From Macrostomum lignano (lineage: Eukaryota), in assembly GCA_002269645.1 (NCBI GenBank), contig NIVC01001414.1:186001-250000 (forward strand): 64,000 nt of DNA, in the 5' to 3' direction. The notes beneath the pieces were generated by a model. It did no database searches. It saw only the letters and a program-made list of their open reading frames with translations, and was not told where the DNA came from. Positions 47,201 to 60,328 of the stretch are shown here, in pieces. The position numbers and the translations under genes are program-made. Position 1 is the stretch's first letter, and each line of letters opens with the position of its first letter.

Positions 47201-50200
47201 ATGCCCCAACTCTCAAAACTCAAAGCTTTATTCTATTGCAGCTTTTTGTATAGTTTTTCTGCAGAAACTACTAGATATTTATTTACCAAGCCAATAATAG
47301 TTATCAATAATTGGACTATAAACTAATATAAATTTATATGTTCTTAGTCCCTAGTCAAAAGCCAAAAGCCAGTTCCAATTTATAAGTAGCTAGCAGCTTA
47401 TAAATGCTATTCATATATAGGTGTAGGCATTAATCCATAAGGCCTAATAGGCCTAGTCTAGAATTTTTATTTGCAACTGAAGCAAATAAAAATAAGAGAA
47501 TATATATAAAATCTGTAGTAATAACTATGTTTACTTTTTTGCTTCATCATTTTTATAATCTCTATCCCAGCTATAGCCATAGGTATCTTAGTGATATCTT
47601 AGGACTATTTTTGTCTAATAAAATGTAATTTTAGCCATATTGGCCCTATATAGTTTGAATATTGTCTTCTATTTTAGCCTCAAATATATTTAATTTATTT
47701 CTTTTTTGCCCATTGACTTATTATAAATCATTCTAATTAAAATTCCTAGACACACCCAATAAAACTTTCTTTTTATTAAAATAGGTTTAAGCCATATAAA
47801 ATATTTGAACATTAAATCTTTATGTTTGTAACTAAATCAATTAATTAAGACTGACCTTAGAAATTGCTAAATGTGCATATTGTTTTGTTTAAATGCCTAA
47901 ATTTTTATTATTATCTATATAAGGCCTAGTTCCACTAGTGAACAAGCCGAGCCGAGTGCCACTGAAGGCCAATATAGGCTAGAAAGTATTTACGAGTAAA
48001 TAAGTTAGACTGCAATTCATTTTGAAATTTCATGTTTTTTTTGGTTAAAAAGGGCTTCTGTTTTGCAACCACTGCACTGATTGAGTTGAGTGAAGTGTCA
48101 ATCAATAAAAAACTTTTAGATCTATTGAATAAATATACTTTTAAATGTAGAGATTTTTTTATTAAGCCATAAATTAACTGGAAAGACAATTTTTTTCAAA
48201 AGTGCTTCTGGGAGATCAAAATTCTGGTATACCTTACGAAATATAGCTTTGACATCTGAGGATCAAAGTTGTAAAACTAAATTTCCTACAAAATGGTACA
48301 TGGTGCTTTGATTTATTGTGGCATCTTTATGCAGTTTTGGTGAGCTTTTTGGGTAAAAAAATTACCCTCATTTTATTATTTTGCCATTTTTTCCTACAAA
48401 GCTTTTTGAGTTTTGGCTTCAAAGCAGTGCAGTTGAATGCGCAATGCAAAAATCTACAAGTGTCTAAAGTTTTGTTTTCCTACAATTCTGTAGTGCTGAG
48501 AAAATTGACAAAGATTGATATTGAAAAAAAACACGACTTTCATATTATTGCTCATTATAATTTTGAGAACATGGTGCAAATAAGCCAATTTCAAATTTCT
48601 ATAGCATAGTTGCTGTGCTATATTGGTTTAAATTGCCGCCATCTGATTTCGCTGCTTTCAGGTTGAAAAATCAATCAGAAATCAATAATTTGTGATTTTT
48701 GGCTGATTGGGTGCCAGAAAAATGGGTGATTAAATTTTTAAAAGAATGGTAGATCAAATGCAGATGCTGCAACAAGTTGTACTAATGTCTTGCTAAAATT
48801 GACCAAGTTTTTTGTGTTTGCAACAAGTGCTCATGTGTCAAAAGTGATTGAAAATCAATCAGGGTAGTGATTTTTTAATATTTTGCTTGAAATCAGGCAA
48901 AAAATGCAATAGGATGGCATTTTTTTATGATGGCTGATTTGCCACAAAACAAGGCATATTTGTGTGCAATTTCTATCGGTTCATTGGGTAAAAAAATAAT
49001 CAATAAAAAACTAAAAACTTTTTACTTTTATATTAGTTCCAGGGATGTTTAAACTGGAAATGGTAGGAATTTTGTACTGAAACCAATGCACAGTGTTCCA
49101 TATAGTTAATTTAAAGAAATTTCTTGATTTTCATAACTATTCAATGTTCTTTTCAGGTAAAAAATGCCTTTTTTGCATCAAAATTCATCAGATTAAGCTG
49201 TATACCACTTTGCATAATCTCTATTAGCATGCAATGCAATTGCTTGCATGGCTTTGGTATTAGGCTGGGTTAAGCTGGTTAGAAAAGAAAAGGAAAGGAA
49301 GGAATAGCTAGCTAATTATACATACAATGTACACTCACTCCTGTCCCTTCCAATGGGGCTGTGGCGTGAGGGCTTGGGCCATATGGGGGTCAATAGAGCT
49401 TCATTTGCTTTGTGCACAGACCAAGGAAAATTAGATTGATAAATAAATGGGCATCATGTGATTTGAATTTTGTATTAAATTTAGCTCTTTAACTGCACAT
49501 TTGAATTGCAAGCCCAGTACAAAGTTTGGCATGTGATAAGCTCCAAGTCATTACGTGTACAAACCCCCCCCCCCAGACTATAGGTTCAGGCAATACGGCT
49601 TATTAAGTAGCTATGTACAGTGTTTTGGAATAAATTTATTTATAGCTTTCTTTGCAACCCTGTTGAAAAAGAGGCAGGCTTAGGGAGGGTAGTTTGTTAG
49701 TTTAGTTAGTTTAGTGTAAGTACTATCTAATTGATAGTATCAGTCAGTATGAGTATTATGTCCCACAAACAAAACTGGCCTGGCTTTCCAAGCACTTAAG
49801 CTGATGCTAGAAGATCTTGCGCCAAAACAACCAGCTTAAATGGAGTTCTTATAACCCTGCTGCTGCTACGCTCTACAGACTTTAGACAATTTTTTTAGAT
49901 CGAGGGCGTATTGTAGAAGATTCCTGTTCATGGTTGCGGCAACTTGTGGGCCAGATAAGAGAGGAAATGAAAGAGAATAGATGGAGAAGAGAAAAGAGAA
50001 GATAAAAGTTGTAAGAGATATAGATAAAGCGAGAGGAAAGTGAGAAGAGAGGGGAGACTAGAGAGAGATTAGAGAGGAGAAAAACAGAACAGGCAAAGAG
50101 AAAAACGGGATAAGTAGAGATTTACATTTTTCTTGAGATTCTCAAAGTTCTTTTTCATCGGTACAAAACTAGGTTTATCAAGTAGTATGAAGAGTAGACT

Positions 50201-53200
50201 ACCCAGACTTTTTAGACTACCCACATCTAAAAAGAAGCCCGTTCACTGGTGGCAAAAAGATGTGTGCGTCTTCATACTACTCGTTATTAAACATTATATA
50301 TAAACGAGGCCAACTCCTCCGTTGGCGGAGTAAGGGGATAGAACTCCCATCGCCAGAATTTCATTCCCTGAAATCCATCAGCTGAATCCAATGACACGAA
50401 TCCCATCGTCCAAATCCTCTCCAAATCCTCTATTAACCTCCCAAAAACCATGTTGTTTTACCTGTTAGCAAAAATTGACTGCCTGCCATTGTCCAGACTG
50501 AGACTCTCGTCTGTCCCTCTCTCCTCTTTGCTCTCTCATCTCTAATCTCTCCTATCTCCTCTCATCTCTCATCTCTACTCTCTTATCTCTCCTTTCTGCG
50601 TTCTCATATCTACTCTCTTCTTTCTCCTCACTACTTTCTCCTCTCTACTTTTTCGTCTCTCCTCTTTTATCTCTTCTCTCTCCTCTCCTTTATCTCCTCT
50701 CTGCTCTCTAATCTCTCTACTTTCTCCCCTCTCCTTTCTCCCTTATCCTCTCGCTTCTCTCTCCTCTCTCTCCCCTCATCTCTACTCATTTATCTCTTCT
50801 CTCTCGTCTTTTGGCTCTACTCCCTCCTGTCTCCTTTTTCTCCTCTCTTACCCCTTCTCCTCTCTCCTCTCAATTTCCTCATCTCTTCTCTCGCCTTTAT
50901 TCTCTTTTTCTTTTCTCTAATTTGTCCCTTTTGATTCTCTCTTTTCATGTTCTCTTTCATCTAATCTTTTATCTACTCTTTCCTTTTCTCTTTTCTCTAT
51001 TCCCTTTCATTTAGCCATTTCATCCTCTCCATGAAACAGATATCATCAAAATCATTTTCGTTAAATGCAATCCAGCGTGTATCATCTCCTTCAAGCTACA
51101 ATCCATCAATTTAAAAAATATTATCTCTATCAAATTTCAGTCACTCAAGACTATGAAACTGAAGTCTATAAAAATATGCTTTTTACTTGTCTAGGTATAC
51201 GTCAAAAAAATTAAAAAATCCTCCATAAAACCTTTGAAATATCATAGCATGTTTTCCCTGTTTGCAAAAATTGACTGCCATCGTCCAGACTGAGACTCTC
51301 TCCTGTCTCCTCTCTCCTCTTTGCTCCTTTATCTAATCTCTTCTCTCTGCTCTCATCTTCTCTCTCCTCTCTACTCTTACTTTCTTATCAATCACCTCCT
51401 ATCTCTCATCTCTCCTCTCTGCGCTCTTATCTCTATTTTCTCATCTCTATTCTCTCATCTTTCGCCTTTGCTCTCTCATTTCTTTTCTCATCTCTCTCCT
51501 GAGTCCTCTCTCCCTTCTCTTCTCGCTTCTCTCTCTCCCGTCTTCTCTCTTATCTCTTCTCTCCTGTCTTCTCTCAATTCTCTCTTATCTCTCCTCTTCT
51601 CTCCCATCTCTCATCTCTACTCGCTTATCTATCGCCTCTCCTCTAACCCTGCCCTCTCTCTCTCTTCTCTTTTCTCTTTCGTCTCTCCTCTGCTCTCATT
51701 TCTCATACTCCTATTTTCTCTCTTACCCTCTCCTTTTTCATCTCTCATCTTTCCCCTCTCCTCTCTACCGTCTCCTGTCTCATCTCTCTTCTCTCTTCTC
51801 TCTCCTCTGTACTCTCTTATCCCTCTCTCCTCCCATATTTCATCCCTCCTTTGCTCTCTCATTTTTCCTCTCTCCCCTCCTTTCTTCCCTCTACATTCTC
51901 TTCTCTTCGCTCTCCCTCTTTATCATTCCCGCCTCACTCCACTCTTCTCTCCCCTCTGTCGTCGATTCGTCTTTAATCTCTCAGCTCTCATATCTACTGT
52001 CTTTTCTATCATCTTTCTATCCTCTCTTCTCCTTGAAATCTCTCTTCTCTCTACTCTCTTATCTGACGGACTGAAAGCGCCGATAATCAAACCAATTGAA
52101 ATTTGTCACCCGCCTCCTCCATTACTGAAATTACTCAAATGATAGCTGGCTTGAATTTGTGTACGCAACCTCTTTCGGACTGCAATCTTGGCAGAAAGTT
52201 TAAAAGTATGGAAATCGTTTTTTCAATGCTGTGCTTTTTGTTTTCATATTTAAAGCAAATAACTTATATCCCCGAATTCAGCGTTGCAAGATCCTTCCAG
52301 CAATATAAGTCTCTTTTCTCAAAGTTTAAAACTCGAGGAACATTTAACGTTTGGAATTCACGATTTAAAGCATTAAGTATCGCGTGTACGTGTACATTCA
52401 CCTGCCTGCTGTTTATTCATTGAATTTCACTGTCCAGCTTATACACAGGGCTGCCTTTTGAAAGGCGCCGGTAATAAAACCAATTGAATCTCGACACAGT
52501 CCTATCTATCTGTTTACAATGTACTTTGCTATGTACACTCAGCCAAAACCACCACCCCCCTATTCCGGGGGAACCATTAAATTTTACTGTACCCCCAACA
52601 CGCGGGGGTTTTATTTGCAGTGAACCCAGAACACGCATCACCCACCCCTCCAAAACAGGGGGGAGGTTGGGGTGGTTGTTTTTACAACTATGCCACTGGA
52701 GAGGCAAAGTGGCCAAAGAAGGTTAAGAAAACAGTTTTCTGCTTTTTTAACAGACTTAACTTTTAAATTTTCAACATTAAAATAGCCTATTTGTTGCGTA
52801 GGAAAATTCTGCATTGATACATATAAGTCTCGCATTTGAGTTGCCAGCCGTCTAGGAGGAGATACGCGTTAAACCCGGCCGGTCGATCGATCGATCGACC
52901 CACTCAGCTTTAGATATAAGAGATAAGAGAGAGATATTTTGTAATTATATCTATAGATTTCCTTTTTAAACACATTTCAGCTAGCTTCATAACAGCTAAT
53001 CAAGTAAAGGCTACAAGGAGTGAGAGGTGTGTGCTAGCTACAAGGAGTCACGCTGGTTGCTAAACAGCAGGACTGACTATGGACATGAAAAACCTGAGCT
53101 GAGCAATAGCAAAAATTAAACCTGGACTGGCATTGAACCTTTTGGTTGGCACCTTTAATAGATGTTGCTAAGCACTTTTTTGTTATTCAAAGTGCAAATT

Positions 53201-54854
53201 TAATTATGGTATAATTTGTGCCAATTGTCATTTTAACTTGCAAATACATGTTGCTCTGGACCTAAGCAAACCTGTTGCTGTTAGCATGAAAATTTGCTTT
53301 GCACTTTGGTAATACTTACAATGACTGAAAATCTATAAACAATTTCTTACATTTATTTGTTTCAGATGTTATAGAATGTGCCATTAGCTACTATGAATTA
53401 TTCTGTTTCTGTCACGATCAAGGCCTACAAAAATATAAGCCACATATTTACATATACATGCATGTATGTAGTATCAACCGATATTAGATGTCAAATGCAT
53501 GTTGAATCAGGGGAGAGGTTGTCGAATACATGTCGAATAAGCGTCGAAAACACGTCGACTGTTTGCCGTCGAATCGACCCATTAAAGCCCGGAAAGGCTC
53601 AAAATCGAATCGACGGTAAACACACACCCCTCGAATCGACGGCTGTCGGCACAGCGGGATTATGCTGCTCTGTGACCACTTACATGTACCTCAGCGCTCT
53701 GCTTTTGGGCTTCCTGAGCTCTGAAATGGAGCGCGGAATCAATATATCTACATTGTGTCACCACAATGATAAAATTGCACCTTAAAAACTTTGTCTTACA
53801 CCTCCGCTGCTGCCTGCAGCATGTGAGCGGTGTTTCGGCAGGGCACCGTGAAGCACTCCAGCTGAAACGAGTGCTCCTGAGCCAGCTGCTCACACTTGGA
53901 AACCGCAGCACGCAGGAACTGGTCATCGCTGAACTCGCTTAGTACCTGTTCCGCTGGCAGAGCTCCTGTGTCCTGATAGCGTCCTTCTTGTTGAAAATCG
54001 AATAGAATTATTCGGATTTTAAGACCAGACTTCGATTTTACTTGAACTCGTGTCACGTCATGGTTGGGCAACCGCTTACGTTGACATTCAACTTCTTTTC
54101 TGGTCCTCAGGTACCATTCGCAGGTCCTGATCTCGTTGAACAGAATGCACAGATAAACTGGCGCAGAACGCTTTGAGCTCTCAGCGATGCAGTGCTCCAA
54201 CTCTTCATTGACTGCTTCATCTTCTCCGTTTAAGCAGGAAGTCACAGCGACTCTCATCGAGCACTGGGGTTGATCTCCGATCGTCACCAGCGCATCGCCA
54301 GCCTTCAAGTTCAAAAGTGACTCGAGACGGGTTTCTCCCGGGACCCTCAGTAGATGGCAGAACACAAAAGCGGATGACAGGAAATGCCTGATTGAAACGT
54401 CATCAAGCAGCTGCGGTTGGACTGAGGATTGGAGTATTCGCTCAGCAGTGCTTGGATCGACTTGAATCCTGAGCTGCTGGACTCCAGTCACTTTGATCAG
54501 TTGCGATACAAGTCTGCACAGATCACTGAGCACTGGGGGAAAAGTTGCACTGAATCGCTCGCTTAAATTCGGTAAGCCCGTGAAGGTGACTTTTACCGAG
54601 TGCAGTGAAGACACCACGGCATATGGAGTTTGATCCGATCCGGTCGTGTCTTCAGAATCCTCAGCTTCCAGACTGGCGATCACGATCTCACAGATGGCGT
54701 CTTGGCTGTCGGAAGTCGTTGACGGTGTGAGTCTCAGAACTGGGCATGCCTTTACAGGTCTGGTTATTTTTTTACGCGTTGACTGAGAAGATCCGAGAAT
54801 ATCGCACCGGGTGAGCACGGTTTGCCGGATGCTCTCAGATTGCAGTGGGTCCAT
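44264..54854 (-). CDS. Predicted orphan-domain plus ankyrin-repeat protein, copy 2, about 627 aa (exons 54854-53800, 53720-53684, 45202-44595, 44447-44264)
   Basis: All four exons are open, with strong donors (GTAAGA, GTAAGT, GTGAGT). Phases are 2/0/2 and identical in both duplicates. The joining of the orphan and ANK exons is inferred. Confidence 0.6.
46495..46872. mobile_element. 378-bp MITE, Merlin-like
   Basis: 24-bp perfect TIR GGGTCTCCCTAAAACACGCACCGC. 8-bp TSD TTTAACGA at 46487-46494 and 46873-46880. AT-rich interior. Confidence 0.85.
50440..52070. repeat. Tandemly duplicated CT-rich low-complexity blocks
   Basis: The anchor AAAAATTGACTGCC..GTCCAGACTGAGACTCTC occurs at about 50470 and 51266, each followed by a polypyrimidine tract. 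Confidence 0.75.
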
Positions 54855-55664
54855 CCTGCAATCTTAGAATATCCGGCACAACATCTGGCTGTTAAAGAGG
54901 GACTTGCTGAAGATCAATGACCACTAGTTGTTCAGTCAATAGTATAGTCTTGTCTGGTATACGCAGTACTTCTCTAATATTTGAGCATACGCTCGTAATT
55001 AAGATCTTCCTTATAAAATGTGTGCGCAATGACAGCAGGGTGCAGAGAAAAAAGCGGAGAGCCAATGAGGCTGAAAACCCCCTCGAATATAGGCTGAAAA
55101 CCCCAGCCCCCTTATCGTTTCGGCACACAATGCATTGCAGATTTGACTGATGAGTGAGCTCACAGTCTCGATAACCAAAACACTGCCGTTTGTGCCAGTG
55201 TAGTTTCATTTCTTCTGTCTCCAATGTTTGCAGACTAGTGAATAAAATAAATTAAATTTTACTAACAATATTAAAGCTGCCTGAGGACCCTGCGTAGCGA
55301 TTTTTTCATACCGTGTCTTACTCCCATAGTTCATCACCAAGCCACTTTTTTATACTTCATGGTGAGTAAATCTTTAAACGATATGTTAACTAAAGCAGTT
55401 ATTTAATATTTATCTATATAAGAATGACGCGAACAATTAACGCAAAATGTTGGGTTGGTGGAATGCAAAAAAACTTTTTAAAAATGTAATATTGCAGGAT
55501 ATTTTAATTTAAAGCATCACTTGCTTTTTCACTAGTAGTCTTGTTAGTGGTAAATTTGAAAATAAATTATTAGATTTTAAATTCTTTTTTGTATCACGTT
55601 ATGTAGCTTTTATTCCGTAATGATAAAATAATTTGTATTGAAGATGGAACATATCATTTTGCAG

Positions 55665-56870
55665 ATGAACTCTGAGAACTATACACTATTTGAGCAGAAA
55701 CTGACCGAAGGTGCTGTCTCGGAGATTGAAGCCCTAATGCAAACAGACCAGTTTAGAAACGACCAAAACCTCCCAAACCTAAAACGCAGTCTGGCTTTGA
55801 TGGTCGTCCTCACCTACGAGACGAATGCAGGAGAACAATTTTATCAGTTTCACGAGAGGCTGCTAGCACTTTTTAGGGATGTGACGTCAGAACAACAAGG
55901 TGAACAGCGCAGAGTATTCGGGAGGCCAATAATTAGAAGAAACCAGGGTCAAATACCGACAGAAATGGGTAAGGAATGTCTGTGCACCTGGATGTACGAA
56001 GGTGTTTCAGTGGACATACCAGTGAGCTACACGGAGGGATTCAAGTCAGCCATCATGTACCTAATGGCCTCGGATATCAAAGAGTACTTCTCATATCACT
56101 GCTCCATAGAGCACGCTACATCAGCAATTGAAATTCCTTGCTTTCTTGAGATGTTTCTCAGCAGCAGCCGCAATAACCAAAATAATTTCGATGCCTTAAT
56201 TGGCGAATACGTGGCCCTGAACGGCATGTGCTTCGAGAAGAAATACATTGGTACCGGCTTCGGGTACAGCTGCCTGGAACGAAAGTTCGATTTCGCTGTG
56301 CATAACGGACAGCAAGAGACGAAAGTGTCTGTAAAAAGCGTCAAGTTTTCCACTGGCCAACATTTTGAAAGCCCAAGAAGCAGCGATGTCTGGGACCCGA
56401 CACGAGACTGCAGGACTGCGAAATTCGTGAGGCAGTCGGAGGGTGAAAACGTGCTGCTGCACAACTGCGACTGTCGGCACTGCGGTCTGCAGCCGCTCCG
56501 GCGAATCACAGTCAGACATTCAATGATTACTCAAGAAGAAGATGAAGAACGAGTCCGCTTAGAAGAGCTGGAGTGCGAGCACAAAGCACTATTAGAAAAA
56601 GCTTTTGCAAAATGGTTGCCAAGTAATTCGTCTGAAGATAGCGATTCAGACTTGGAGCTGGCAGTTGTCACTTTGGTGGCAGCCAAGATCTTCTTCGAAC
56701 TTCGGTACGGACTGTGCAGCTTTAATCAAAAGACATTTCGAGGGCCTCCAACTTTTAAACTGCGAAATAATCTCGTTCGATGCATGCTGCAGGAAGGCCA
56801 GGCTGGAGCCGTTGGTGCTCAGGCCAATGGCATGCGTGCTCTGATTGACAGGTCTGCTGATTTTCAATAG
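55665..56870 (+). CDS. Uncharacterised protein of about 400 aa, single long ORF
   Basis: Uninterrupted non-repetitive ORF, GC-richer than its AT-rich flanks, with a TTTTGCAG acceptor immediately before ATG 55665. No family recognised. Confidence 0.7.
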   Translation: MNSENYTLFEQKLTEGAVSEIEALMQTDQFRNDQNLPNLKRSLALMVVLTYETNAGEQFYQFHERLLALFRDVTSEQQGEQRRVFGRPIIRRNQGQIPTEMGKECLCTWMYEGVSVDIPVSYTEGFKSAIMYLMASDIKEYFSYHCSIEHATSAIEIPCFLEMFLSSSRNNQNNFDALIGEYVALNGMCFEKKYIGTGFGYSCLERKFDFAVHNGQQETKVSVKSVKFSTGQHFESPRSSDVWDPTRDCRTAKFVRQSEGENVLLHNCDCRHCGLQPLRRITVRHSMITQEEDEERVRLEELECEHKALLEKAFAKWLPSNSSEDSDSDLELAVVTLVAAKIFFELRYGLCSFNQKTFRGPPTFKLRNNLVRCMLQEGQAGAVGAQANGMRALIDRSADFQ

Positions 56871-56999
56871 TTGCGAACCTCTTAATAAGGACTTTTAACT
56901 CATACAAAATATGGCATGGTGGTTGGATTGACCGTCACCTGAAACAAACAAACAGCGACAAGAAAAACACCAAAACAGCAAAATAACAATGATTATATT

Positions 57000-57200
57000 A
57001 GCAATAATAAAAAGAACAACAATATAAAAAAACAACAACAACAGCAATCACAACAATAGCAGCAACAACAGCAACAACAACAACAAAAAGAAAAACAACA
57101 GCAACCACAGCAATAGCAACAACAGTAACAACAACAACAAAAACAAAAAACAACAGCAACCACAACAATAGCAGCAACAGTAACTACTTACAACAACATT
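57000..57200. repeat. (CAA/CAG)n-rich simple repeat
   Basis: Directly visible. Confidence 0.85.
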
Positions 57201-57829
57201 ATCATTTATATAGAATGCTTAGCTATTCTCTTTCTTTTCCCCTCCCACTCCCTTATCTTTCCATCTCTCAAGTTTCTCACTCCTTTCTCATTTCAAGGAG
57301 TCTCATATTCGTAAGCAGCAAGTTTAGGGTTCAATATAAAGTACATTAAGTACTTGTTAATTTATTGATAAGAGCATTGTGTAGCAGTTTTTTGTTAGAT
57401 TATGTGAGAAAGTTACTGAAGCGCAAAATTTTCCGCACGCAAAAATCCAAAAATCTTTTTTGTTTATTTATTAATTTGATAATTGGTGGCTAAAAGTACA
57501 CTTTGATTTTTGCCATAAACTTGTGTCATAAATTATGCCATTTAAAACTGTTATAACTGTTATAACTGCTTAGCTTTTGAATAATTTTGTATCCTGTATT
57601 TACCGCTTATTTTATATATTTTACTACCTGTTTGCCTTAGTGCTAATAGCATCGATTGTAAGTCTGTTCCTGTTCATTAACTCATATTTATTGCCTTAGT
57701 AGTTGTTATTAAATGGAGCTTATTCGACTTAGTAAATAAATATAATTATAGGGAATCAAATTTTCGGTGTTGGTGCGACGAACATTTTGTGTTGAACTTT
57801 CATTGAATTCGAAAGAAGGTACGCAGAGG

Positions 57830-58075
57830 GGGAACTGGAAGGAGAGGGGGAACTCGAAGGACAGGGGGAGCACTGGAAGACAGAGGGGGAGAACTGGAAG
57901 ACAGAGGGAGAGAACTGAAGGACAGAGGGGGAGAACTGGAAGACAGAGGGGAGAACTGGAAGACAGAGGGGAGAACTGGAAGACAGAGAGGGGAGAACTG
58001 GAAGGGCAGAGGTGAGAACTGGAAGACAGAGGGGAGAACTGAGAGACAGAGGGGGAGAACTGGAAGGATCAGTGA
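57830..58075. repeat. 21-bp minisatellite (GACAGAGGGGGAGAACTGGAA)n
   Basis: About 11 units. Confidence 0.9.
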
Positions 58076-59569
58076 GACTGCAGATCTGTCGGCACCCAGA
58101 AACTTCAGAAGCGACTGAGCTGAGCTGCCATGCAGGCACAGCTGCAGTGGAGGCGCTGCGACTGCGACTGATACGAAATTAACGCTGGCCTCATGTGGCT
58201 GCTGAAGGCACTGAAAATCACTTGTAAATGCTTGGATGAATCTGATAGCACTGAACTTCTCGTTCCTGGATTTCAAAATTAATTGTAAGCTCCTACTGAG
58301 ACTAAGACAGGAGACGCCTGCTGTGCGACGCTAGGACTGCAAACGGGGGTGGACTTCGTCGCTCTCAGGCTCTGCGGTGCGCCATCTGACGCACAATGCT
58401 CTCACTGTGACCCTTCAATACGGGACTGCGTATTTTGTTGCTGTTGTTGTTGATTATCAGTAGAACTACTAAGGATGGGAATAACACGCTCACACAGTTT
58501 ACTGCCCTGGGGCGCAGCAACGCAACCAAAAGCAATTTAAGAACATCATGGGCTAAACTTCATATTTAACTGGAGTCTGGACTAATTGAGCAACTACCCA
58601 GTACCGAATGCTGTGGCCCAAGCAATGCCTTGGGAATTCAGTAACGAATGTTTGGCTGGGAGCTCCGTCTGTCCCAGGCACAGTATTGATTATGCAGGCT
58701 GCGCACCACAGAGCGGCTCTGAACGCGGGGAGAGCCGATCGCCACGCCAGTCAGGCGGAAATTTTTCAGCGAAGCCAAGCAGGTGTTGGGAAATCCTGCT
58801 GGTGGCTGTTTGGGGCATTGGAGAGGAGTTGAGCATGGGCTCCTGTATACTGCTATATGGGAGGCTCTGGTGTATGCATGAGTCCATTGTTGAGCCGTTC
58901 TCGTTTGCGTTGCATGCGCCGAACGGGGAGTCGAGAGAGCTTCCGAGTTGGAGTTGAAAGCGCGAGCCATGCTGGCAGCTGCAGAGCCGAGCAGCTCAGC
59001 TGGGCAGGGGTGGGCGCTTGAGAAAAGGGTTTGAGAATTCGCTTTGTGGGATCTCACTCTATTTGAAATTCCAGAGCCAGTGGGCTAGGAAGAGCCATCT
59101 CAGAAACTGGATCGGGGAAATGGCTCTCGTATTTCTTCCCTGCATTTCTGTTTGGAAATCGTGTGAATGTAAGTGCTTCACCCTGAGTGCCTCACCCTGA
59201 GTGCCTCTGAGTGCCCCACGGAGTGATGCCATTGGCAGAGTTCAGTAATTGAATTAAATACACATTGCTTCAACAAGCATTGCATTTCACACAGCTCGAC
59301 TCAGACAACTCGTCCAACTATTTTAATAATGCAAGAGTTTTGTCCCTAAAGCCAGCTTAAAACGCAAGGCTTTGACATGAATAAATACTCATTCGGGCGC
59401 TCAAGTCTCGTATATTTTTTGTGCTACGCTGCACTGACAGCGAAAAGCGAAGCCTCTCTGATTCTTCTTGGTCAGGTGGGCACTCCTTCCCCCCAGTGTC
59501 TGGAACACATGTCCAGCCAAACTCAGTTGGGGGTTGGGTGACTCAGTGGGCCTGAACCAGGATTGCACA

Positions 59570-59768
59570 CATGAGGACTTGACCCAGGGTTGCACACATG
59601 AGGACTTGACCCAGGGTTGCACACATGAAGACTTGACCCAGGGTTGCACACATGAGGACTTGACCCAGGGTTGCACACATGAAGACTTGACCCAGGGTTG
59701 CACACATGAGGACTTGACCCAGGATTGCACACATGAGGACTTGACCCAGGGTTGCACACATGAGGACT
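59570..59768. repeat. 27-bp minisatellite (GGGTTGCACACATGAGGACTTGACCCA)n
   Basis: About 7 contiguous units with no spacers. Confidence 0.95.
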
Positions 59769-60328
59769 TTGCCTGTGCCATGAGCGGTCTGCAGCCTGAG
59801 AAAACTCGGCCTTGTCACAAGTCCAATTTGGTTTAGACTTCATGGCCGAACATCTCTCTCGAGTTTCTCTTCGAGAGCTCGGGCTTGAATTTCGGAACTT
59901 AGAACAAACTGAGCCAGTCTCTCAACACTACCTCGAGCTCACATTCCGAAGTCAGTCAAGCCAGCGGGCTAACAGCGCGAGGTCGTATGATCCGCTGAAA
60001 AGGGTTTTGAACTGCTGGTGTGGGTGCTGGGGACAGATACTGGGGATTAACTGGGGATTTCGAGTGCTCATAATCTCCCTGAGTCTGGGATGTTAGGACC
60101 GCTTTGGACTGCCTTTGGCTTGGGGAGGCCGCTCAGCAACTCCTCAAAGCACCGCTCACTGCACTCTCTTCTAAGCTTTTCTTACCTGATGGAGCTGCAC
60201 AGCTGGCAGGCTGCACACCTGTGCAATTGCTGGCAGCCCAGCCCCATCTGCACCTGCCTGCCCTCTCTCGGACCCCCTGCCGCAGCCCCGCTCCGCAGCA
60301 GCAGCTGAGTCAGTGCGGATTTATGGGC

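Noticed and set aside
50181-50281. 13-bp inverted repeat AGTAGTATGAAGA / TCTTCATACTACT as a tiny MITE
   Set aside because: No target-site duplication and no second copy in the window.
58586-59057. Cluster of 64-139-aa ORFs on both strands
   Set aside because: No recognisable motifs, no clear splice structure and no paralog support.
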